Origin: a virus
Taxonomy: Duplodnaviria; Caudoviricetes
Virus record (IMG/VR): IMGVR_UViG_3300019758_000010
Coordinates: 1 to 46,530 of that record
Length of the DNA: 46,530 bases
Direction: 5' to 3' (one strand)
Below, one piece after another: positions 36,403 to 44,812 of this stretch; positions within the stretch are counted from its first letter, which is position 1; each line of letters starts with the position of its first letter. The notes under the pieces were generated by a model, which saw only the letters and a program-made list of their open reading frames with translations, was not told the DNA's origin and searched no databases. Position numbers and translations under genes: made by a program.

Positions 36403-37233
36403 TTATTCGTACATTTCATCTAAGAAGTTGCCTTCTTTTTCAACTGATTTACTAGGATCTCCGTTGACCAATTTCGTAGTAGGATTCAACGCTTTAGACA
36501 CCTTAAGTAAATCTCTCATAATGTAAGGAGGCAACATTGTACCCCTTTCTGTCAAGACTTTTTTTGTATCTGGCATAAATTTCTCTAATACCTTTTCAAC
36601 TCGGTCAACATTTTTATCGAAATTTTCACCACCGAACTCAGTGTCTGTAGTTAATTCCTTCTTCCACGAATCTCTTTGGGCCTTTACTTGAGCTGCTTGA
36701 GATTTCTTGAGTTCTTCAGTCTCGTTTTTACTGTACTCAACGTAAGCTTCTATTTGTTCCTTGGTGAGCTTATTGTCAAGAGCAAACTTAGAAATAGAAT
36801 CTTTATCATAACCGTCAGGTAATTCACCAAGAGCAGATTTAACTTCTTCCTCGTTCAGATCCTTTTGTTCTTCTTTTGAATCATCCTTCTTCTCATCGTC
36901 AGTTTTTGTTTTATCATCCTCTGACTTTTTCGATTTATCATCGTCTTCTTCTGGATCGTCACCGTATCCTGTGGCAGGTTTCTGAACCTTGTCATCTTCT
37001 TTTGTATCGACATCAGGTTCAGACGTGTCTTTTCCAGCTCCGTTATCATCCTGTTCAGATGATGTTTCAACCTTTGCTTTCTCGTATCCGTTTTCGTCGA
37101 ATTCAGTCTCAATAACATTACCGTCATCAACAGGTGTCTTCGAATCTTCCGGCTGATTTCCATAACCGCTAGGAGTCGGCATTGTTGAAGTCTGGTTCGT
37201 TGTCAATTCGGTACTTGTGGTATTCTTGCTCAT
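36403..37233 (-). CDS. Capsid scaffolding protein
   Basis: Acidic disordered N-half, W..EL..D.EFGGENF; start moved to the ATG with GAGG RBS. Confidence 0.75.
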   Translation of the reverse strand: MSKNTTSTELTTNQTSTMPTPSGYGNQPEDSKTPVDDGNVIETEFDENGYEKAKVETSSEQDDNGAGKDTSEPDVDTKEDDKVQKPATGYGDDPEEDDDKSKKSEDDKTKTDDEKKDDSKEEQKDLNEEEVKSALGELPDGYDKDSISKFALDNKLTKEQIEAYVEYSKNETEELKKSQAAQVKAQRDSWKKELTTDTEFGGENFDKNVDRVEKVLEKFMPDTKKVLTERGTMLPPYIMRDLLKVSKALNPTTKLVNGDPSKSVEKEGNFLDEMYE

Positions 37234-37528
37234 ATCTTTTCCTCTCAAGTTCAGATAATATCGAAGCAGATATACTTGCATCTGCTTCACAAATTAATTT
37301 ATATATAGAATTTCCTGCTCTTAAAAAACCTAAGTTCTCATGGAGCTCTACTTCTGTTAATCCACGCACAGGCATTTCACCTACGTTGAAATTTTTAAAT
37401 AGGTATGAAAATAAAGTAACCCCATTAGGAGTTTGTAAAATTGCACGTAACGCCAAGAGAACGTTTTGATGTTCGACGCTCTCTTGTCTTGCTAACTCAT
37501 TTTCATATTCTATTAATTTATGATTCAT
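37169..37528 (-). CDS. Bbp19-like protein
   Basis: LRAILQTPNG..L...L, G.LRAG..I; lies between portal and scaffold. Confidence 0.7.
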   Translation of the reverse strand: MNHKLIEYENELARQESVEHQNVLLALRAILQTPNGVTLFSYLFKNFNVGEMPVRGLTEVELHENLGFLRAGNSIYKLICEADASISASILSELERKRYEQEYHKYRIDNEPDFNNADS

Positions 37529-39222
37529 TACTGTTCCAATAACCCAGCACTAGAAGCATCTTTAGCAGCCTTCGCCATGGCCGGAAGAGTAGTTTCTAAT
37601 TGCTGTTGTCTTTCCGCCTGAGCTTGTGCTTGCTCTCTCATAGCGTCTACTTTATTTTGCGGATTATTTAATCCTGCAGGTAAGTATAATCTATCCTCGT
37701 ATAAGTCTGCAAGTTTATCAGTATTAATCTTCTGAAGTATCTTAGGGTCGATCTGAGCAACATTAGCAATCATAGCAGCATACCGATCGATCTGAGGTAA
37801 ATCAGCAGCTTTCTGAGCTTGAGCAAATACTGAAACGAATTCAGGTCTTAATGATTGACCTTGTAAAGCTTCAGGTGGTGGACGTAAAAATGGATCTTCA
37901 AATAACACCCAATCCATAACCCATTCTAAAACAGGAATGTTATAAGTATCGTTTAAACTTTGTAAGTTAGGTCCGATAATCCTTTGTTGCTCTTCAACGA
38001 TAGCACTTGTTTCAGTAGCAGTTCTCGTCTTAGGGTTTTTAGAAAGGAAAAGTAAAAAGTCAGCATAATATAATTTATCTACTTGCTGTCTCATGTCTCC
38101 AACATCTTGAATGACTGCACCGATGGCCGGAGAGATTTGAAAAATAGGTTCTAACTTTTGTTTATTAGCCGCAGACCTGCTGTCAATCGGAACGAAAGTA
38201 TTAGGAGCATGTGAAACATAACTCTTTCTTAAACTGGCCGGACCTTGTAGAGCAGGTTTTAACATTTGTTCTAGTGCTTGGTCTTTACCGATAGCTTTCT
38301 TGTTAAGAGATTTAATTAAACCAAGAGCATCTAAAGTCGGACCTTTCTCACCGTATTCAAATTCATTTGTAGATTTACCTACAACGAAAGGTTTTCTCTT
38401 CCCTGTGAAACGTTTTAAGAAAATATCAGGATGTCTAGAAGTAGCACCCATTCCGAACTCTTGACCTTCAGAGAAGAAATGTCCTCCGCCTCCGCCGAGT
38501 TCATAAGTAACTTCTAACCATTGACGATTATCAACTACATCAGGATTCTCAGGATCAAATTCTGGATTTTCTAAAACGATATGAACGATGTCAACCAACT
38601 GAGAATAATTTCCATCGCTGTACATTTTCCTTACGTTTTGAGAAATATTACTCCAGTCATCACCTTTACCGTAAATATCTACAAGAGATTTCACGTTTAA
38701 AGAAAATTCTCTAATTAAAATGTTAGCTTCACCGTAACCATCGTTAAGGACGAAATAAGATCCGGGTACTAAAGTATGGACATGGAAAGTAGTTTCAAGA
38801 TCCTCAAAATAATGAGCACCTGTATTTACTACTCCGTAATCGTAATAGAAATTCCCTGCAGCATTGTAAAAGTTAGAAGTCCCTAAATAATTCAGAACTC
38901 TATTTGTGAAATGCTGTAACCATTCTTTAACTTCATCGTTATCACCTCTCTCGCTATCTCTAGTTCCGATACGAAACCAAGGACGGGAAGCTGAAGTGTT
39001 ACCTTCTAGAAATCCTGCTACGAAAGATCTCAAAGCTAAAGTATGAGTAGGATCCACAATGTGTTGATTTTTTCTCTGGCCTGGAGTTTGACTTAAAAGC
39101 CATGTCGCCTTGTGAGGTAATCCCCAACGTAATAGATCACACCAAGTCGTTCGGACTTTATCAAATTTCCTCTTGGCCTGGTGACGTAAAAATTCATAAT
39201 GTTGTTTTGAATGAGTTATCAT
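37528..39222 (-). CDS. Portal (head-tail connector) protein
   Basis: S..RPWF, YG.GP..DALG.IKSL, RTATE....EE....GP.L. Confidence 0.93.
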   Translation of the reverse strand: MITHSKQHYEFLRHQAKRKFDKVRTTWCDLLRWGLPHKATWLLSQTPGQRKNQHIVDPTHTLALRSFVAGFLEGNTSASRPWFRIGTRDSERGDNDEVKEWLQHFTNRVLNYLGTSNFYNAAGNFYYDYGVVNTGAHYFEDLETTFHVHTLVPGSYFVLNDGYGEANILIREFSLNVKSLVDIYGKGDDWSNISQNVRKMYSDGNYSQLVDIVHIVLENPEFDPENPDVVDNRQWLEVTYELGGGGGHFFSEGQEFGMGATSRHPDIFLKRFTGKRKPFVVGKSTNEFEYGEKGPTLDALGLIKSLNKKAIGKDQALEQMLKPALQGPASLRKSYVSHAPNTFVPIDSRSAANKQKLEPIFQISPAIGAVIQDVGDMRQQVDKLYYADFLLFLSKNPKTRTATETSAIVEEQQRIIGPNLQSLNDTYNIPVLEWVMDWVLFEDPFLRPPPEALQGQSLRPEFVSVFAQAQKAADLPQIDRYAAMIANVAQIDPKILQKINTDKLADLYEDRLYLPAGLNNPQNKVDAMREQAQAQAERQQQLETTLPAMAKAAKDASSAGLLEQ

Positions 39223-39599
39223 AATCCTAAGAAATCTCGTTCATCTGCACCTAAGTCAGAAAACGTAGATCCTCCACGAGATGTGTTAGTCGTTGACCTT
39301 ACTGCGCCGGCCTGTCTCGATGCAGCCAATTGATTCGCAGCAGTTTCTGCTTTAGCATTTTCACGATCTTGTAAAGCAGCTTTTTGTTCGTCTTCGAATT
39401 GTTTTCTCGCTTGAGCGTTCGCCTCTTCCGCTGCTTTAGCTCCTGTCACTTCTTTTAGGCCTGATATGGCAACGTCTGAAGTAACTCCGGTACTTACACC
39501 ACCTTTATCAGATTCAAAGCCTATAAGACCACCTGTGAGTGCCTGCGTACCTATATCTAATATACTTTCGAAAAAACTATTTCCACCACCATTAGACAT
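39219..39599 (-). CDS. Small virion-associated protein
   Basis: Gly-rich N-terminus, Ala/Gln coil, ends FLGL; precedes portal. Confidence 0.65.
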   Translation of the reverse strand: MSNGGGNSFFESILDIGTQALTGGLIGFESDKGGVSTGVTSDVAISGLKEVTGAKAAEEANAQARKQFEDEQKAALQDRENAKAETAANQLAASRQAGAVRSTTNTSRGGSTFSDLGADERDFLGL

Positions 39600-39600
39600 A

Positions 39601-40032
39601 TTAAACCTCCAATCTATATAAAGTCTCTAATTCTTTAAAGCCAAAACTCTCTAATGTCGAAGATTTTATGTTAGTTTGACTTGTCAACATAGTGATTATA
39701 TGGTTAGCCTCATTTCTCCCAATGTCAATAAATTTCTTGAATAGATGGTATGCAGCACGTCCTGAGTACGGTTTTACGTAGAATAACTGCTGATACAAAC
39801 TCTTAGTATTTTTGTCAAATATGCTACTGTGTAAAAAAGATAAATGAATTCCTCGTATCTTTCCATCTCTTCGACACACCAAGAATACTCCTTTTTCAAA
39901 CATCAATTTAAAATCAGCGAACTGTATGTCGAATTTATTTTCAAACAAATTATTTATAGATTGAGCTTCTTCTAGTAAGAACTTTTTAATATCTCCATCA
40001 AACTCAGTGACTCTTTCAATTGTATAAGTCAT
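39601..40032 (-). CDS. GNAT-family acetyltransferase-like protein
   Basis: QQLFYVKP.SGRAAY.L, LESFGFKELET.Y. Confidence 0.7.
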   Translation of the reverse strand: MTYTIERVTEFDGDIKKFLLEEAQSINNLFENKFDIQFADFKLMFEKGVFLVCRRDGKIRGIHLSFLHSSIFDKNTKSLYQQLFYVKPYSGRAAYHLFKKFIDIGRNEANHIITMLTSQTNIKSSTLESFGFKELETLYRLEV

Positions 40033-41590
40033 CTATTTCATCTCCGTAATCAGGTTGATGATCAGGCATTTTCATAGCACCTGATCCGATTTGATTGTCA
40101 GTAGCATCATAACCTAATTCATTCTCAGGAAGTTTTTCAGCTACTTCATGTGCGAATAATAAAACAGCACCATCGGCTAAATCGGGAGACTTCCCTACAC
40201 GTTCTTTAATGTCTAACTTCTTCTCAGCTAATTTTTTATTTGTAGTCTTATGTCGGGTACCTTTTGTCCAACATAATTGCTTCTTCATATTCTCAACCCA
40301 TTCTTCTTTTCTAGAATCTAAAACTCCACCTTGAAGTAATGCTTTGTTCTGAAGATAATACATCATCGCTCTAATGTTTGCGTACTCTGAATCTTTAGGG
40401 TCAGGATGATCAGTAGGAGAATTTGCAAATGAAACTAAAACCCAGTGAAGTTTTTCAGCGTTCATAGCAAGAGTGTAAATACCTGTACCTTCACCTTGGT
40501 CAATATGAACCGCATCAGCATTTAGCTTTCTTTCCCAGTAACATAATTTATTATATGTAACTTGATGAGTGTCACCTTTATGTTTATCTAATTTAAAAAC
40601 TTCAAGTAAACATTGATAGTGACCTTGCTTGTACCAGATAGTCGTTTCGTCACCACCTGTCCATGCAGGGTCACAACTTAAAACTACTGGGAAATCACTT
40701 ACACTATCTATATCGAATTTATGTCTACGAGCTAAAGCTGCTTCAACAGCTTCTAATTTAATAATAGAATCTTTCGCTGACTTTCTTGGTAATCCACGAA
40801 CACGAACTCTAAAGTCATCAGCATCTTCGTCACCGCCTGCATCGATTAACCAGGCCTTCACTTGTTCAGGGTCAATATGTTTTAAAGTTCTCGTATCAAT
40901 TCTACGACCACGCCATATAGGAGAAGTCATGTTCTGTTCAAATTTACTTTCAGGATCATCGGAGTTACCGAACGCCATGTGAATTTTAATAGTACCTGTC
41001 TCAGTAAACGCACCTGAAGCATACTGCCAGATAATCGCAGGAATACCTGGAGCTTCTTCAAAAACGTAAGCACATGCTCCGCCTTTATTATGTAAACCTG
41101 AAATACTTGCAGGAGATTGTTCAGACCAAGTAACAGTATCAATTCTCCAACTCTCGGCAAGCTTCGTATTTTTAGCTTTAATACTTGTACCGAACTTTTC
41201 AAAAAAATTATCTACAAACCTCGCACGTCTAAACCATATATCATACTCAGGCCATACGATTTGCTTCATCTGCGGATCGGTGTTAGCTGTAATACGAGCT
41301 TTCAATCTTTGAGTAAATAGTAAGATGATTAAAGTCATAGCACCGAATGCAGTTTTAGCAGCACCGTTACCTGAAGAAATAACTAAACGATAAGTTGTAT
41401 ACCTTGTAACAGGATCTTGAAGATGTTTCGATAACTTCGCCCACTCTTCAAGCTGCCATTCGTAAGGGTACATGTCTTCTAAGTCTGTACCTTTCTCTCC
41501 GAACGGAAAAATTAAATAAGCCAACTTAACAAAGTCATATCTATTCTCATCTATTAATTTTTTAAACGTGACTACATCTTCATTGTTCAT
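40016..41590 (-). CDS. terL: Terminase large subunit
   Basis: PYEWQ, SGNGAAKT, TANTD.Q, GLHN, FEEA, CDPAWTGGD, SPDLADG. Confidence 0.92.
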   Translation of the reverse strand: MNNEDVVTFKKLIDENRYDFVKLAYLIFPFGEKGTDLEDMYPYEWQLEEWAKLSKHLQDPVTRYTTYRLVISSGNGAAKTAFGAMTLIILLFTQRLKARITANTDPQMKQIVWPEYDIWFRRARFVDNFFEKFGTSIKAKNTKLAESWRIDTVTWSEQSPASISGLHNKGGACAYVFEEAPGIPAIIWQYASGAFTETGTIKIHMAFGNSDDPESKFEQNMTSPIWRGRRIDTRTLKHIDPEQVKAWLIDAGGDEDADDFRVRVRGLPRKSAKDSIIKLEAVEAALARRHKFDIDSVSDFPVVLSCDPAWTGGDETTIWYKQGHYQCLLEVFKLDKHKGDTHQVTYNKLCYWERKLNADAVHIDQGEGTGIYTLAMNAEKLHWVLVSFANSPTDHPDPKDSEYANIRAMMYYLQNKALLQGGVLDSRKEEWVENMKKQLCWTKGTRHKTTNKKLAEKKLDIKERVGKSPDLADGAVLLFAHEVAEKLPENELGYDATDNQIGSGAMKMPDHQPDYGDEIDDLYN

Positions 41591-41811
41591 TATTTAGGTA
41601 CCGGAAATCCTGCAGGTGCTGGAACTGCCATTAGCAACCTTCCCCACATCATGTTTAATTCATTTTCAATTACTGTTAAATCTGTAGACGTGAAGTTATG
41701 AGATCTTCCTGTAGAGTCTTTAACTGCCAAGTTGTAACTCCCATCCGTCCTAGATTGAAAACAATAATAAACTTTCTTCTCACTAAGCTTCTGTAGTATC
41801 TTGAATAACAT
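41590..41811 (-). CDS. Hypothetical protein
   Basis: Start moved to ATG 41811 with AAGGAG RBS. Confidence 0.65.
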   Translation of the reverse strand: MLFKILQKLSEKKVYYCFQSRTDGSYNLAVKDSTGRSHNFTSTDLTVIENELNMMWGRLLMAVPAPAGFPVPK

Positions 41812-42034
41812 CTGTAAACTCCTTCCTCGAAAACGTCTGATCACAATGAGGACAGTATATCAGTTCAGCATCTGTAAAGTCTACCCTACGTCCACACCCA
41901 CTTTTCAACATCTTATCAGTCCACCACTTCCCACTTCCGTCAGGGTACTTTTCAAAATGCATTTTCTCAAAACCCTTACGATCATTATCAACAAATTCAT
42001 ACTTAGGTCTTTGTCCGCTATGTACTAACATCAC
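41783..42034 (-). CDS. Small Zn-ribbon-like protein
   Basis: GC.R and YCPHC; GAGGTG RBS. Confidence 0.65.
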   Translation of the reverse strand: MMLVHSGQRPKYEFVDNDRKGFEKMHFEKYPDGSGKWWTDKMLKSGCGRRVDFTDAELIYCPHCDQTFSRKEFTDVIQDTTEA

Positions 42035-42711
42035 TTCACCTCTACATCATTAGTTATATCTACAATATTATTCTCAATCTTAGCTGTCTCTGCTCTCTTG
42101 GCACTGTCTAATAAAATAGAGGCCATATCTTTAGTGACCGTATGTTCAACCTTCGTAGTATTTTTAAACATCTCTTTCTCTCTACCTACAAGCTCCGCAC
42201 CTTTTAACTTGTCGTAAAATTCATACTCAATAATTTCACCGATAATAATTTTAGACTTCATACCATTCATGTCTTCAACTTGATTAAACAAATTTTTAAC
42301 CTTCAACTTTTTAATACTTCTTCTAGCTTCAGGTGGAATATCATGCATGTTACTTTTAAATGATCCGTCAGGATTCTGCATCTCTATAGGATCGAAATCT
42401 ACAACCTCTTTAACTCGCTCAAAAATTTCCGACGTATCCATTCCGTACTTCACAGCACTTTTATCATGTAACTTTTGTATGGCCGTCGAAACATCTTTAC
42501 GATGTCTTATAGAGTAACCAAGAGATCTATGAATACCCGCCTCCGCCGATGCTTGTGAAATACTTTTACATCTAACGAAGCTATCTATGAAAGATACTAT
42601 AGCAGGGTCACTTCTATGTTTAGGTTTCAACGTAGCGTCTAAAATGAAACTGGATTCATCTTCAGTTAACTCTCCGTTACTCGCCTTTACTTCTGGTACT
42701 GGGAAACTCAC
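42031..42711 (-). CDS. terS: Terminase small subunit
   Basis: F..SF......SQAS.EAG HTH, D.IE..N.DGS.K....IP.E.R, YDKLK..EL.G. Confidence 0.85.
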   Translation of the reverse strand: MSFPVPEVKASNGELTEDESSFILDATLKPKHRSDPAIVSFIDSFVRCKSISQASAEAGIHRSLGYSIRHRKDVSTAIQKLHDKSAVKYGMDTSEIFERVKEVVDFDPIEMQNPDGSFKSNMHDIPPEARRSIKKLKVKNLFNQVEDMNGMKSKIIIGEIIEYEFYDKLKGAELVGREKEMFKNTTKVEHTVTKDMASILLDSAKRAETAKIENNIVDITNDVEVK

Positions 42712-42738
42712 TTCTAACTCCTTTTAGTTATGTGGCAA

Positions 42739-42767
42739 ATTTTACAAATATAATTTCATAAAAGCAA
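42739..42767 (-). promoter_or_regulatory. Putative late-block promoter TTGCTT-N17-TAAAAT
   Basis: Minus strand, 17-nt spacer, upstream of the AAGGAG RBS of terS. Confidence 0.7.
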
Positions 42768-43771
42768 GCGATACAATGTTCACAACAATGTTCTAGCATG
42801 AGTAAGTTCGTAGAAAAACGCACAAGTTTTTGATTGTACCTATACACCGGTCCCCCACGCCTAGGGTTTTTGACCCACCCCCTCCGTTCTGTAAATCCTG
42901 TACGTAACTCTAAGAACTCTACACGCTCTACAAGCTGTAAGTCTCTACGTTCTACAAGCTCTGCAAGCTGTACGTGCTGTACGTATGATTAAGCACTTGC
43001 GTAGTGCTGTAGCCACCTACATGTATTATCAACTACTTAGCGGATCGTTTAAAGGGGTCTCTCAGCGTTCCTAAGCACTGACCCTATACCTAACGTACCC
43101 TTGAAACGCTCTACATCTAGGTACATTGTTGATAACATTGTTACATAATTGTACAGATACGTAGAGCTTGTAGAGGAGTGTAGACTATACTTGTACAGCT
43201 TGTAGAATTTTTCTAGGAATTAGAAGACGTAGGGGAATGAGTATGCTTAATCGCTTTACGCTATAACATTGTTCAATACGCTATAACATTGTTCAATACG
43301 CTATAACATTGTTCATCGTACAGCTTGTAGAAGAATGTACAGCTTGTAGAGTTACATAGAAGAATGTAGAGTTACCAAGAATAGTTAGAAGGTTCTACAA
43401 GTAACGCTTAAGAATCCTCTACGTAGAATAGTTACACAGGTCTAGCTATAGTTACACGACATTTACCAAGGTTCTACAAGATATTACGTAAGTGTTTAAT
43501 ATTATTACGTTTGACTTATAGTGATTTGTATGGTAGTCTAAGAGTATAGACAAGATATCGAGAGTGTTGTTACACATAAGCTCCACACCACATATCTAGT
43601 CGACCCTTAGACAACCACCCATACACAACAACACTGTACAGATAGAAGAGATAGCTAGCGTAGCTCTACGCAACTCTACATCCTTAAGCGTCTTCTAGCT
43701 TCTAGAGCATTCCTAGCATATCCTTACATATTCTTGGTAGATAAAGGACCGTGTAACATTTACATAGAGTA
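42768..43771. other. About 1 kb non-coding, repeat-rich control region (probable packaging initiation/genome end or origin)
   Basis: No credible ORF; between divergent late and early blocks; C-rich tract 42847-42885; repeated TCTACAAGCTGTA and AACAWTGTT motifs. Confidence 0.65.
43257..43315 (+). repeat. Three tandem 20-bp repeats tacgctataacattgttcaa
   Basis: Directly visible, no spacers. Confidence 0.95.
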
Positions 43772-43800
43772 TTGAACAATGTTATTAACAATGTTAGTAT
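43772..43800 (+). promoter_or_regulatory. Putative early promoter TTGAAC-N17-TAGTAT with extended -10 TG and two internal AACAATGTT sites
   Basis: -35 at 43772-43777, -10 at 43795-43800; sites at 43775 and 43787. Confidence 0.7.
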
Positions 43801-43837
43801 GTATTTAAGACATAACAACGTATCTAGGAGATAGAAA

Positions 43838-44086
43838 ATGAAAGTAATTATCGTAACAATGTTAAGTATCGTAGCTATGAACGCAAGTGCAGCGAACTTT
43901 GAGTGCAAGTACAGTAAAGGTTGGGATCGTCCAGCTAATGAGAACGCTGTGAAGTTAGCGAAGGCTTTAAAAGTTAAGACTTGTAATAGTTCTAAGTTCC
44001 AAGACTTTGTTAAGAAAGGTAAACATACAATGAGTGCTTTAAAGCGTAACAGTAACGGTGGTGTGAAGGCTTTAAAATTTAAGTAA
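43838..44086 (+). CDS. Small secreted basic protein (first early gene)
   Basis: AGGAG RBS; MKVIIVTMLSIVAMNASA with A-S-A cleavage motif; two Cys. Confidence 0.8.
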   Translation: MKVIIVTMLSIVAMNASAANFECKYSKGWDRPANENAVKLAKALKVKTCNSSKFQDFVKKGKHTMSALKRNSNGGVKALKFK

Positions 44087-44142
44087 TTGTTTATCGAGTA
44101 TGTTAGCGGTTAATACTGTTAACATACTTTATTAAATGATTA
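44084..44142 (+). promoter_or_regulatory. Long imperfect hairpin (RNase III-site-like)
   Basis: 14-bp upper stem agtatgttagcggt/actgttaacatact, internal loop, about 10-bp lower stem. Confidence 0.6.
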
Positions 44143-44170
44143 GTTAACTTATAACCAAAGGATAGAAATA

Positions 44171-44374
44171 ATGAGTAAGTATGAAACACCTTATATAGAT
44201 ATATGGTTTGAATTGACAACGAAGCAACGTAGAAAATTAAGTTCACTTGGCTATGGTCCTACATGTTTCATGATCGGCATAAGTCTTAAAACTATTCGTA
44301 AAGTAACCAAAAGTAAAAAGATTGAACGCATGGTTATTGAGATGAACCGTGGAACGATGAGGTTAGTAGCATGA
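44171..44374 (+). CDS. Hypothetical protein
   Basis: AAGGA RBS, 67 aa. Confidence 0.65.
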   Translation: MSKYETPYIDIWFELTTKQRRKLSSLGYGPTCFMIGISLKTIRKVTKSKKIERMVIEMNRGTMRLVA

Positions 44375-44492
44375 GTCCTGTAAAAAATGGTAAGACTTGT
44401 TTTCTTACATTCTTAAAAGAACTTGAAAAAAGAAAAGGTAAGTAGCATGAGTACTGATTTAAAGAGAATTATACTTATAAGGAGTATAGAAG

Positions 44493-44810
44493 ATGAGTAG
44501 AGCAAGACAGTATGAACTAGATAGAGAATTGAACCAAAGATTAAGAAGTACAAAAATGACAGATACTCAAACTGTTAAAGACTTCTTTTTTAGTATGAGT
44601 CAAAATATAATGACACCTGATTTTGTTAAAGCTGGAGGTCGTAAAGACTTTAACATTATATATGAAGTTACCAAAGGTGTTGCGTTTACTGGAGAATATA
44701 CTTACGGATTAAGTGTATATGAGTGGAACGGTGAGGAATATGAAAGAAGTGATAAATCTCAAATGTATCATACACTTGAAGCATTGACACTAGCTTTAAA
44801 GGAACTCTGA
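44493..44810 (+). CDS. Hypothetical protein
   Basis: TAAGGAG RBS, 105 aa. Confidence 0.7.
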   Translation: MSRARQYELDRELNQRLRSTKMTDTQTVKDFFFSMSQNIMTPDFVKAGGRKDFNIIYEVTKGVAFTGEYTYGLSVYEWNGEEYERSDKSQMYHTLEALTLALKEL

Positions 44811-44812
44811 AA

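Noticed and set aside
43257-43315. Possible mini-CRISPR array
   Set aside because: The three 20-bp units are directly adjacent with no spacers, and no cas operon is present (the Cas4-like gene is the usual phage exonuclease).
43702-43908. Minus-strand hydrophobic 68-aa ORF
   Set aside because: It overlaps the early promoter and the better-supported plus-strand secreted protein gene; hydrophobicity is expected from AT-rich antisense sequence.
44371-44500. Two micro-ORFs (24 and 17 aa) tiling the gap between early genes
   Set aside because: Plausible coupling, but too short to support from sequence alone.
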